Below, piece after piece: positions 36,501-44,042 of a DNA stretch of 64,000 nucleotides. Under the pieces are notes generated by a model, which was given only the letters and a program-made list of their open reading frames with translations, was not told the origin of the DNA and did no database searches. The stretch spans positions 162,173 through 226,172 of the forward strand of contig JBCCRO010000001.1 of the NCBI GenBank assembly GCA_039201605.1, read 5' to 3'. The position numbers were made by a program, and so were the translations under genes. Source of the stretch: Actinomycetota bacterium (GTDB lineage: Bacteria > Actinomycetota > Acidimicrobiia > Acidimicrobiales > SZUA-35). Numbering within the stretch: position 1 is the stretch's first letter; each line of letters opens with the position of its first letter.

Positions 36501-36725
36501 GACCGGGTGCGGCACCCCGTCGGTGTGGACCCGCCCGGCGAGGTGGGGATGGCGGCGGAGGGCGGCGGCCACGGCGGAGCGGATCGCGCCCAGGTCCGGA
36601 ACGGCGCGGAGGCGGAGCGAAGCGGTGACGTTGTAGGGGTCGATACCGAGCCGACTGGCGCTGACGAGGTACATGCTCCGCTGGATGGGGGAGAGCGCAA
36701 CGATGTCGACGATGTCTGCGGGCAT
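33594..36725 (-). CDS. NRPS C-A-PCP (canonical module)
   Basis: C domain: LSPIQRSMYL, HHIVIDGAS. A domain: VFTSGTTGQPKG, FDAAWQPT, NFYGPTEAT, YRTGDLV, GRADDQTKINGYRVEPSEV, NDKLD. PCP: EAGLDSLATM. The start is taken at ATG 36725 (alternative GTG 36773). Confidence 0.9.
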   Translation of the reverse strand: MPADIVDIVALSPIQRSMYLVSASRLGIDPYNVTASLRLRAVPDLGAIRSAVAAALRRHPHLAGRVHTDGVPHPVLLVPGEPTLHWEEIDRRDRPGDAEQRADELYEEELRRPLDVHAGPLSRVVAGRISDTEYQLVFTMHHIVIDGASFPVLFGDLLTILTAGPEGLPSPTPIRIHAEWLAKRPIDDALEAWRAALDGVAEGATVAPPPPPEVDLPIEGDAALTAEESAPVIEWARRNGLTMSTVFQLAWARILSGLLSSDDVVFGQTTTGRHPSIPDVERLVGALIATAPVRVVVTDEAPAAIGTPLQQAGSQLRPFEHIGINEIATACGVDPLFDTLLVVEHSPAIGADIEVELPTGGSVVTQRIGSLTHFPMAVVPVVDGDRLLTRTEVRPDLAARFPPVDLARRFLAVVRRLVDADSLADVDVLLPEERAVTHHRAAGSDATAPTTLAERLDAIADDRGDADAVVDQTGSQTMAAFRAAVSRLAAGLTAHGVRPGDRVGVMLRRDRRVIQAPFAVAEAGAICIHLDPDTPAGRLATIAAGAEIDLVLADLSEVAVVEAAGAAGRSLRALTPADDGGLPPATGAETEAGHGSAPGAADPDRPLYGVFTSGTTGQPKGVIVSHRALLALWAHHERQVLSPAVDQLGRSLRVAHAWSTGFDAAWQPTVALLSGHTLVVVPDDVRVDPGRLVAFMADNDVDMLDTSPSMFLRLADAGLLHGPPEDERCLLPIQALGGEAIHDDVWQRLQALDGTRVLNFYGPTEATVEAFMADVADHDRASIGQPTLRSGAEILDHRLRPVPGGGIGELYLSGPQLATGYVGQAGLTASSFVAGPDGGRRYRTGDLVCSVADSGVEFCGRADDQTKINGYRVEPSEVASAIGLLPGVHRAEVLVDVRKGRTRLAALVVADISAARIRSLLADRLPHFMIPALIAEVEAIPLNRNDKLDAPAARALLDAARPSGAGPQPASPTEALLAELTGIALDAPLVEAGLDSLATMDLVARLRTLSWTVGPADVMSAADLRELAHLLDSARADTAVLAD

Positions 36726-36812
36726 GGGGGTCCGTTCTCTGCTCAGGAGGCCGGCGCCAGCGGAGCCGAACACTTCACGGCCCGACAGGTGTCAAGGAGG
36801 TACCAAGAAGGT

Positions 36813-36841
36813 GTTAGCAATACCTACAGAGCAATGTTAGC
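36813..36841. promoter_or_regulatory. AT-rich promoter island motif GTTAGCAATACCTAC...GTTAGC between the NRPS (-) and ABC exporter (+)
   Basis: Shares GCAATACCT (36817-36825) and GTTAGC (36813, 36836) with the island at 31677-31704. The 19-mer AGGTGTTAGCAATACCTAC matches an IdeR/DtxR-type consensus at only about 11 of 19 positions by my hand alignment. Confidence 0.3.
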
Positions 36842-36980
36842 TACTGTTATCACTACCGTGGCAAGGGCTGATCGAGCGATAAAGGTCACGTCCCCGGAGG
36901 CGGGGAGGCGGCCCGTCGGCGCCGGGGGAAACCCGACACCGGTTGGCTGGATTGTCGGAGGCCCGTGGTAGACACCCGGA

Positions 36981-37940
36981 ATGGGGTCACCGATCGCAGC
37001 AGAGGGCTTGCAACGACACTTCGGCGAGGTCGAGGCCGTCCGTCGAGTCGATCTCGAGGTGTCCCAGGGCGAGATCTACGGCTTCCTCGGGCCCAACGGC
37101 GCCGGTAAGTCCACCACCGTGCGCATGCTCACCACGCTGCTCAAACCGACGGCGGGCCGGGCCACCGTCGCCGGGTTCGACGTCGCCACCTCGGCCCACC
37201 AGGTGCGGCGACGGATCGGGGTCGCCCTGCAGGACGCCGCCATCGACCCGCTGATGACGGGCAACGAGCTGCTCCGCCTCCAGGCCACCCTGCACGGCAT
37301 CGGCAGGCGGGCGGGCCGTGTCCGAGGGGCGGAGCTGTTGGAGCGTGTCGGGCTCACCGAGGCCGGTGACCGTCGGGTCGGCACCTACTCCGGCGGCATG
37401 CGCCGCCGTCTCGATCTCGCCCTGTCGCTGATCCACGAGCCTGAGGTGCTCTTCCTCGACGAGCCGACCACCGGCCTCGATCCCAGCAGCCGGCAGAACC
37501 TGTGGTCGGAGGTTCGGCGGCTCAACGCCGAGGGCACCACCGTCTTCCTCACAACCCAGTACCTGGAGGAGGCCGACGAGCTGGCCCACCGGGTGGGGAT
37601 CATCGACGGCGGCCTCATCGTGCGCGAGGGCACGCCGATCGCCCTGAAGGAGGCCGTCGGTTCGCCGACCCTCCGCCTCGATGTGCTCGCCACCGACCTC
37701 GACGAGGCCCGGACGGTGATGGCCGCCTTCGGTGAGGCCCGCCCGGCTCGGGAGGGGCGCATCGCCATCGGCCTGGAGAACGGGGCCAACCGGCTGGCCG
37801 AGGTGGTCAGAGCCCTCGACGAGCGGAACATCGAGGTGTTGACGATGGAGCTCGACGCCCCCTCGCTCGACGACGTGTTCGCCGATGCCACCGGCCGTCG
37901 CCTCGAGGGCGCCGACGAGCAGGGCGAGGCCGGCCCATGA
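36981..37940 (+). CDS. ABC transporter ATP-binding protein (DrrA-like, ABC-2 exporter)
   Basis: GPNGAGKST, YSGGMRRRLDLA, LFLDEPTTGLD. Confidence 0.9.
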   Translation: MGSPIAAEGLQRHFGEVEAVRRVDLEVSQGEIYGFLGPNGAGKSTTVRMLTTLLKPTAGRATVAGFDVATSAHQVRRRIGVALQDAAIDPLMTGNELLRLQATLHGIGRRAGRVRGAELLERVGLTEAGDRRVGTYSGGMRRRLDLALSLIHEPEVLFLDEPTTGLDPSSRQNLWSEVRRLNAEGTTVFLTTQYLEEADELAHRVGIIDGGLIVREGTPIALKEAVGSPTLRLDVLATDLDEARTVMAAFGEARPAREGRIAIGLENGANRLAEVVRALDERNIEVLTMELDAPSLDDVFADATGRRLEGADEQGEAGP

Positions 37941-38764
37941 CCGTCGGGATCGAGCCCCACCGGACGGCGTCCGCCGATCTGCACCCGGTCAGGCACCTCG
38001 ACGCCTTCGTGGTCATGGCCCGCAGGTCGGTCATCGGGTTCTTCCGTCAGCCGGCCAGCTGGATCTTCGGCGCCGCCTTCCCCCTGCTGATCGCCGCCGT
38101 GTCGGCGTCGGCTTTCGCCCGGGCCACCTCGCTGCAGGACTTCCCCGACTCCAGGAGCTTCCTGCAGTTCCTGCTGGCCGGCACCATCCTGCAGGGCACG
38201 CTGTTCGGCTCGATCAACGCCTCCACCGACCTCGCCCTCGACATCGAGAACGGTTTCATGGACCGCCTGCTCGCCTCGCCGGTGTCCCGGGTGTCGATCC
38301 TGGTCTCGAGGCTGGCCGGCGCCGCAACCTACGGCGCCGGGGTCACCCTCTTCTACGTCGTGGTCTTCCGACTGTTCGGCGCCCCGGTCGAGGGCGGCAT
38401 CCCCGGCATCGTGGTGATGGTCGTGCTGGCGATGGTGATGGCGATCGGCGTCGGGGGTTACGGCGCAGCCGTCGGCCTGCGCACCGGGTCGGCCGAGGCC
38501 GTCGGCAACTCGTTCCCGCTGCTGTTCATCCTGCTCTTCATCTCCAGCGCTTTCTTCCCCGTCGAGCTGATGTCGGGCGCCTACCGGCGGGTGGCCGAAC
38601 TCAACCCGATCACCTACGTGATCGACGCCTGCCGCCACCAGGTGCTCGAAGGCTTCAGCCTCGGTGAGGCCGTCGTCGGCCTACTGGTCGCCGTCGCCTT
38701 CGCCGCCTCCACGATCGCCTTCGCCCTGCTCCAGTTGCGCAGGAAACTGGCGGACGTGTCATGA
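37937..38764 (+). CDS. ABC-2 type transporter permease
   Basis: The ATG overlaps the upstream stop (ATGA). 275 aa with a multi-TM hydrophobic profile. Confidence 0.85.
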   Translation: MTVGIEPHRTASADLHPVRHLDAFVVMARRSVIGFFRQPASWIFGAAFPLLIAAVSASAFARATSLQDFPDSRSFLQFLLAGTILQGTLFGSINASTDLALDIENGFMDRLLASPVSRVSILVSRLAGAATYGAGVTLFYVVVFRLFGAPVEGGIPGIVVMVVLAMVMAIGVGGYGAAVGLRTGSAEAVGNSFPLLFILLFISSAFFPVELMSGAYRRVAELNPITYVIDACRHQVLEGFSLGEAVVGLLVAVAFAASTIAFALLQLRRKLADVS

Positions 38765-39576
38765 CCGCCACACCGGTGACGGCGTCGACCGAGCGGGCCG
38801 CGCCCCGGTCGGTGCCCCTGTTTCCGGTGATCGTCGAGCTGGTGCAGCGCAACATGCTGGCGATCACCCGGGTGCCGGCCGCCGTCGGCCCCATCCTGGT
38901 CATGCCGATCTTCTTCATGATCGCCTTCGCCGGCTCCTACTCGGCCATCACGGCGATCCCGGGGTTCCCGACCGACAACATCTACAACTGGTTCGTCCCC
39001 TACGCCTGTATCCAGGGGGCGGCGTTCGGAGGGATCGGCATCGGGTTCGGTACCGCACGCGATCTGGAGAACGGCTTCTACGACCGGCTCCTGCTCGCCC
39101 CGGCCGGACGTCGGGCCCTGGTGCTCGGCCCACTCGGCACCTCGCTGGTCCGCTCGACGTTCCCCCTCGTCACCGTGCTGCCCCTGGGCATCGTCCTCGG
39201 GGCCGACTGGCCGGGCTTCACCGGGCTGGCGATGCTGATCCTCACCGGTGGCATCTTCGCCTGCTGCACCGGCCTGTGGGCGCTCGGCGTGGTGTATCGA
39301 CTGCGGAACCAGCGATCGTTGGGCCTGGTCCAGGTCGGCATCTTCGCCACCCTCTTCCTGTCGATCGGTCAGGTGCCCCTGGCCGTCATGGAGGGGTGGT
39401 TGCACGGTGCGGCCCGGTTCAACCCGACCACCAACCTGCTGCGCATGGCCCGACAGGGCTTCCTCGACGACGGTGTGACATGGACGCTCACCTGGCCCGG
39501 CCTGGTGGCGTCGGCCGCGATGCTGGCCGGTCTCGGGCTGTTCGCCCTGACGGGGCTTCGCCGCCTCGACGACTGA
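38761..39576 (+). CDS. ABC-2 type transporter permease (second subunit)
   Basis: The ATG overlaps the upstream stop (ATGA). 271 aa, multi-TM. Confidence 0.85.
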   Translation: MTATPVTASTERAAPRSVPLFPVIVELVQRNMLAITRVPAAVGPILVMPIFFMIAFAGSYSAITAIPGFPTDNIYNWFVPYACIQGAAFGGIGIGFGTARDLENGFYDRLLLAPAGRRALVLGPLGTSLVRSTFPLVTVLPLGIVLGADWPGFTGLAMLILTGGIFACCTGLWALGVVYRLRNQRSLGLVQVGIFATLFLSIGQVPLAVMEGWLHGAARFNPTTNLLRMARQGFLDDGVTWTLTWPGLVASAAMLAGLGLFALTGLRRLDD

Positions 39577-39654
39577 CCAGGGCACAACGGGAAGGAGCCG
39601 AGGACGCCGTTCGGCGTGCCCCGGCCCCTGCGGTGGAGAGTCTCGGGTTGGCGG

Positions 39655-40251
39655 CTAGGCCAGTTCGGCCTCGCCGAAGCCGACGCCGAAGCGCACGCAC
39701 CAGATCTCGACGGTGTTGAACCGCTCGAGGTCGACGTCGACCGGGATCTCGTAGTTCTGGTCGCCGATGTTGCCCTTGAGGTCACCCAGGTCGATGAACT
39801 CGCCGTCCTCGGCCCGTAGGTACACGTTGAGGTCGGGGCCGTTCGTCGACTCGAAGCCCTCGAGGCGCAGGAAGCGCTGCTCGGTGCCGTCGTTGAGCAC
39901 GGTGGCCGTGCCGGTCACGTTGTAGCGGGAGAGGCTGGTGAAGCTGCCCTCGGCCAGGCTGATGATCTCGTTGGCCGCCTCAGCCTCCTCGGCCTCGGCG
40001 GTCGGCTCCTCGGTGGCGGCGTCGGCGTCCGCCGCCGCAGCGCCGTCATCGGCGGCATCGGCGGTGGCGCCATCGCCGTCGTCGCTCACGGTGGCGGTCT
40101 CGCCGGAGGCGAAGACCGGGCCGCCCTCGTCGACGGTGGTGTTGGTGAAGAGGGTCTGGATGCCGAACACGCCGAAGGCCAGGAAGGCGGCGAGGGCGGC
40201 CGCCACGGCGCCCACGCCGATGACGACAGGTTTGTTCTGGAGAAGACTCAT
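39655..40251 (-). CDS. DM13 domain-containing membrane-anchored protein
   Basis: The start is taken at ATG 40251 (MSLLQNKPVVIGVGAVAAALAAFLAF, a TM anchor). An acidic linker follows, then the C-terminal pattern GSFTSLSRYNVTGTATVL...FLRLEGFESTNGPDLNVYL...IWCVRF, typical of DM13. Confidence 0.7.
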   Translation of the reverse strand: MSLLQNKPVVIGVGAVAAALAAFLAFGVFGIQTLFTNTTVDEGGPVFASGETATVSDDGDGATADAADDGAAAADADAATEEPTAEAEEAEAANEIISLAEGSFTSLSRYNVTGTATVLNDGTEQRFLRLEGFESTNGPDLNVYLRAEDGEFIDLGDLKGNIGDQNYEIPVDVDLERFNTVEIWCVRFGVGFGEAELA

Positions 40252-40402
40252 AGCTCTGCACCCTAGATGGGCTGGACGAAAGCCGCCGTCAACCAGATGT
40301 GTCCGACTCCTGAACGGCGCAGGTCCGGCCGATGCGGGGGCCGAGGCCGGTGGGTGGGTACAGAATCGCTTCAGGTCCCGCCTCCGATCTACGTTGGAGG
40401 CC

Positions 40403-41662
40403 ATGCAACCGACCTATCCGGCCGAGACCGACGCCTATCGCCTGAAGATCAACGCCTTTCTCGATGAGCACCTCCCGGATGGGTGGTCCGGTATCGGCGC
40501 GCTGGAGGGCGACGAGCGGACACGGTTCCACGACGAGTGGCGGACGACGCTCCACGACGCCAAGCTGCTCGCCCCCAACTGGCCGGCCGAGTACGGCGGT
40601 GGCGGTCTCTCGCACCTGGAGCAGGTGGTGCTCAACGAGGAGTTCGCCAAGCGGGGCGTCCCCACCTCGGGCCCCAACGACGGCTTCTCCATCGGCATGG
40701 TGGGCAACACGATCCTGCACTGGGGCTCCGAGGAGCAGAAGCAACACCTGATCCCCCGGATCCTGTCGGGTAAGGACGTGTGGTGCCAGGGCTACTCGGA
40801 GCCCAACTCCGGCTCCGATCTGGCCAACCTCGGCTGCAAGGCCGAGCTCGACGGCGACGAGTGGGTGATCAACGGTCAGAAGATCTGGACCTCGAGCGGC
40901 CACACCGCCAACATGATCTTCACCCTGGCCCGCACCGAGCCCGACGTGCCGAAGCACAAGGGCATCTCGTTCCTGTTGGTGCCGATGGACCAGCCCGGTG
41001 TCGAGCTGCGGCCGATCACCAACATCGCCCGGCACGACCACTTCAACGAGGTGTTCTTCACCGACGCCCGGTGCCCCAAGGACAACGTCCTCGGCGGGCT
41101 CAACAACGGCTGGGCCGTCGGCAACACCCTCCTCGGCTTCGAGCGGGGGGTGGGCGCCACCACCACCGCCCTCGGCTTTGGGGCCGAGTACGAGAGCTTC
41201 GTCGATCTGGCCCGCCGCTACGACAAGCTCGACGACCCCCTGGTCCGCCAGGACATCGCCCGGTTCTACACCAAGATCCAGATCATGAGGTACCGCGGGA
41301 TGCAGGCCCTCACCCGCTACCTCGCCGGTCAGCAGCCGGGCCCCGAGTCGTCGATCGGCAAGCTGTTCTGGAGCCACTACCACCAGGAGGTGACCGAGGC
41401 GGCCATGAACATGGTGGGGCCCGACGGCATGGTCGGCTTCGGCGAGGAGACCCGCTCGGGCCTCAGCGCCCCCGCCGTCGGCGTGGAGAACTCGGTGGCC
41501 AACTGGATGTGCAGTTTCTTCATCGCCCGCCCGGGCACGATCTACGCCGGCACCTCCGAGGTGCAGCGCAACATCGTGGGGGAGCGGGTGCTCGGTCTGC
41601 CCAAGGAACCTCGGGCCGACACCGGTAGCTGGCGGGAGAGCCAGGCCGCCTACAAGAGCTAG
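40403..41662 (+). CDS. acyl-CoA dehydrogenase family protein
   Basis: ATG at 40403 with GGAGG 3-7 nt upstream; the longer ORF starting at 39938 is rejected. Motifs: WPAEYGGGGL, CQGYSEPNSGSDLA, GQKIWTS, YAGTSEVQRNI. Confidence 0.85.
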   Translation: MQPTYPAETDAYRLKINAFLDEHLPDGWSGIGALEGDERTRFHDEWRTTLHDAKLLAPNWPAEYGGGGLSHLEQVVLNEEFAKRGVPTSGPNDGFSIGMVGNTILHWGSEEQKQHLIPRILSGKDVWCQGYSEPNSGSDLANLGCKAELDGDEWVINGQKIWTSSGHTANMIFTLARTEPDVPKHKGISFLLVPMDQPGVELRPITNIARHDHFNEVFFTDARCPKDNVLGGLNNGWAVGNTLLGFERGVGATTTALGFGAEYESFVDLARRYDKLDDPLVRQDIARFYTKIQIMRYRGMQALTRYLAGQQPGPESSIGKLFWSHYHQEVTEAAMNMVGPDGMVGFGEETRSGLSAPAVGVENSVANWMCSFFIARPGTIYAGTSEVQRNIVGERVLGLPKEPRADTGSWRESQAAYKS

Positions 41663-41716
41663 CCGGCGCTCAGGGCCGCCGGCCCCGTGCCGCCGCCGGG
41701 AATCGGTGATCTCGTG

Positions 41717-41730
41717 ACCCCGGCCGGGGT
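41717..41730. terminator. palindrome ACCCCGG/CCGGGGT between convergent genes
   Basis: Perfect 14-nt palindrome between stops at 41662 (+) and 41746 (-). There is no U-tract and the loop would be very short. Confidence 0.2.
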
Positions 41731-41745
41731 TCCTCGATCGGTGGG

Positions 41746-43248
41746 CTAAAGCGCCTGGCTCTGGGGGAAGTCCGGCTCGTCGTCATCGACGGCGGCGTCG
41801 AGGGCCGGTGTCTCGGCGCGCTCGGGGCCGGTGGTCATGGCCACGGGCGGGGTGAAGACGTCGACCCCGCCCAGCTCCAGACCGGAGTTGTCTCCGTCGA
41901 CGGTGCCCCCGGCGGCCAGGATCTTGCGCAGCTCGCTCGAGGTGAAGGCCACGTAGACCATCGTCCGCACGTCGCGATCGGTGATCGGCCCCTCGGTGGT
42001 GAGCATGCCCTGCTCGATCAGCGAGGCGATCACGCCGTACTCGCCGGAGCGGATGGCGCTCTCGATCCCGGTGGTGGGGGCGGTCGAGGCCGGACGCAGA
42101 TCGATGATGGGGGCGATACCGGCGGAGGTGTAGGTGTCGGCCCCGGTGGCGGCCGGGAGGGTGGGCAGCTCGGCGGTGAGACGGGCCAGGGCGCCGACGT
42201 CGCTCTCGTCGTCGGCCGCTAGGGCCGGCTCGGCCGTCGACGGCCCGGTGGGCGCCAGCTCGGCCCGTGGGGCCGACTCGGCCGGGGTCATGGCCATGGT
42301 CGATGTCGACTCGTCGGCAACCGGAACCCCACCATTGGTGATGGCGTCAACACCTTCCGTGGACATCTCCATTTCGGTGGTCACGTCGTCACCCTTTGTG
42401 GGCAATTCGGCCTCATCGTCTTCGACGTTCTCGACCCGATCCTCTTCGGCCATCTCGACCTCGTCATCGCCACCGCCGGCGCCGAAGTCGGTGTCGTAGG
42501 ACGACGGCGCATCGCCGCTCCGACCTGCGCCGACGGTGTGGCCGGCCAGGGTCAGGGTCTTGTTCTCCGACAGCTGCTGCTCGGTCTGCTTGGCGAACAT
42601 GGCGACCAGGCCGTCGACGTCATCGAGTTCGGCCAGGTCCGACTTGGAGGGCTCCATCTCGGCATCGTTGAAGGGCCACAGGGTGGCCTCGTCGTCACCG
42701 TCGTCGTAGGGGGAGGCCGGGGCCTCCATGGTGGCGTCGGGGTCGAGATCGGCGGTGCCGAGCGACGACAGCGAACCGATGGCGATGACGTTGCGCTCGG
42801 CCGGCTCCGGGCGGACCGGCGTGGCCGCTGCGGCGGTGTGCAGGGCGACCTCGGGCTCGATGGAGAGGGCGGCCGGTGCGGGCTCGGGGGTGGACCTCTG
42901 GCGGGCGCTGGAGAGGGAGATCGCATCCACCGTCTTGGATTTCTTGCCGGTCACGGTGGCCATGAAGGCGGCGGTGCTGTTCGGCGGGTGCTCCTCGCCG
43001 GTGGTGATCCGGGGGGCGGGGACCGTGGCCCGGGCGGTGGCGGCGGCCGCCGCCTCGTCGCTGGCCTGCAGCCGCAAATCGCTGATCACGTAGAGTGCCA
43101 GCGCCGCCACAATGATTGCGGTCAAGAACCGCACCACCAGCTGCTCCCCGCTGGTGAGGGCGCCGGCGATGATTACGCCAAGAACGCCGAGTGCGATGAG
43201 TAGGAATACACCTGAAACAATACGACGGGTCATTGCTGAGGCCTCCAT
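41746..43248 (-). CDS. hypothetical membrane-anchored acidic low-complexity protein
   Basis: 500-aa ORF. Two N-terminal hydrophobic helices are followed by a long D/E/A/T-rich, probably disordered region and a more ordered C-terminal part of about 110 aa. I recognise no family. An AT-rich promoter-like region lies upstream (43249-43338). Confidence 0.5.
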   Translation of the reverse strand: MEASAMTRRIVSGVFLLIALGVLGVIIAGALTSGEQLVVRFLTAIIVAALALYVISDLRLQASDEAAAAATARATVPAPRITTGEEHPPNSTAAFMATVTGKKSKTVDAISLSSARQRSTPEPAPAALSIEPEVALHTAAAATPVRPEPAERNVIAIGSLSSLGTADLDPDATMEAPASPYDDGDDEATLWPFNDAEMEPSKSDLAELDDVDGLVAMFAKQTEQQLSENKTLTLAGHTVGAGRSGDAPSSYDTDFGAGGGDDEVEMAEEDRVENVEDDEAELPTKGDDVTTEMEMSTEGVDAITNGGVPVADESTSTMAMTPAESAPRAELAPTGPSTAEPALAADDESDVGALARLTAELPTLPAATGADTYTSAGIAPIIDLRPASTAPTTGIESAIRSGEYGVIASLIEQGMLTTEGPITDRDVRTMVYVAFTSSELRKILAAGGTVDGDNSGLELGGVDVFTPPVAMTTGPERAETPALDAAVDDDEPDFPQSQAL

Positions 43249-43338
43249 TCAAACAACAATAGATGGAATAGCCCGAATGCGCATCCCCCAATTTAGAGTT
43301 ATCGATACATCCTTGTTGAAGGAATTCAGGTATTTGGC

Positions 43339-43842
43339 TCAGGCAGTGGTCTTCGGCTCGAGGATCGGGGGCTCTGTTGACCAGGGAAAATTGATCCAGA
43401 GGTCGGTCTTCTTCCAAACAAAGTCGCACTTGACAAGTGAGTGAGACTTCTCATACAGCACCGCGGTTTGGGATTCTGCTACGACATCTTGGCAGAACTC
43501 ATGGACTACCTTGAGGGTGTGCCCGGTATCGGCCACATCATCAACGATCAAGATCCGTGCATCTGTGAGATCAACCTTGTCCAGGTAGGGCGGCAGCATC
43601 ACCGGTACGTCGAGTCGCTCGCCAACCCCGGTGTAGAACTCGAGGTTCATCACGTAGAGGTTCTTCACCGACAGGGCGTAGCCGAGCGAGCCGGCGGCGA
43701 AGAGCCCGCCCCGGGCGATGGCGAGGATGATGTCGGGATCGAACCCGCTGTCGGCCACCTGCTGGGCCAACTCCCGGGCGGCCCGTCCGTAGCCGTCCCA
43801 GGTCAGGGTTTCCCGGTTCGGGTCGGTCGTCGCTTCGCTCAT
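43339..43842 (-). CDS. purine phosphoribosyltransferase (Gpt/XGPRT-like)
   Basis: 167 aa with LAIARGGL and the PRPP loop ILIVDDVADTGHT. The C-terminus is WINFPWS. Confidence 0.8.
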   Translation of the reverse strand: MSEATTDPNRETLTWDGYGRAARELAQQVADSGFDPDIILAIARGGLFAAGSLGYALSVKNLYVMNLEFYTGVGERLDVPVMLPPYLDKVDLTDARILIVDDVADTGHTLKVVHEFCQDVVAESQTAVLYEKSHSLVKCDFVWKKTDLWINFPWSTEPPILEPKTTA

Positions 43843-44042
43843 GGTCGTTCCTCGCTGGATGTCTGTCGCTGGGTGGTGTTCCTTCGGCCCGCCCCATGGG
43901 TTAGAGTTCCCTGTCGAGTTGCCACGCCTTGGCGGACTCGATGGGGCAAGCTCGTTCAGAACATCTCGGCGGAGAATACGTGCAAATTCGAGACGCCCGA
44001 CCCTTTGACGACGATTCCCCGCGATCCGATGCCGACCGACCG

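Noticed and set aside
39938-40402. N-terminal 155-aa extension of the acyl-CoA dehydrogenase ORF; similarly 43929-44042 for the M23 peptidase, 53833-53895 for the SARP and 21489-21668 for the SIP
   Set aside because: The extensions are low-complexity or overlap the neighbouring gene or promoter. The internal ATGs have good Shine-Dalgarno sequences and give proteins starting at the expected domain boundary or signal peptide.
43843-44042. Possible riboswitch (c-di-AMP/ydaO type) in the 200-nt leader of the M23 peptidase gene
   Set aside because: Cell-wall hydrolase genes in Actinobacteria sometimes carry this element. I could not find its conserved core segments (for example GGGGACCCA, GGGGUGAA, CAGCUxACCUCGUA-like) in either orientation. 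A covariance-model search would be needed to settle this.
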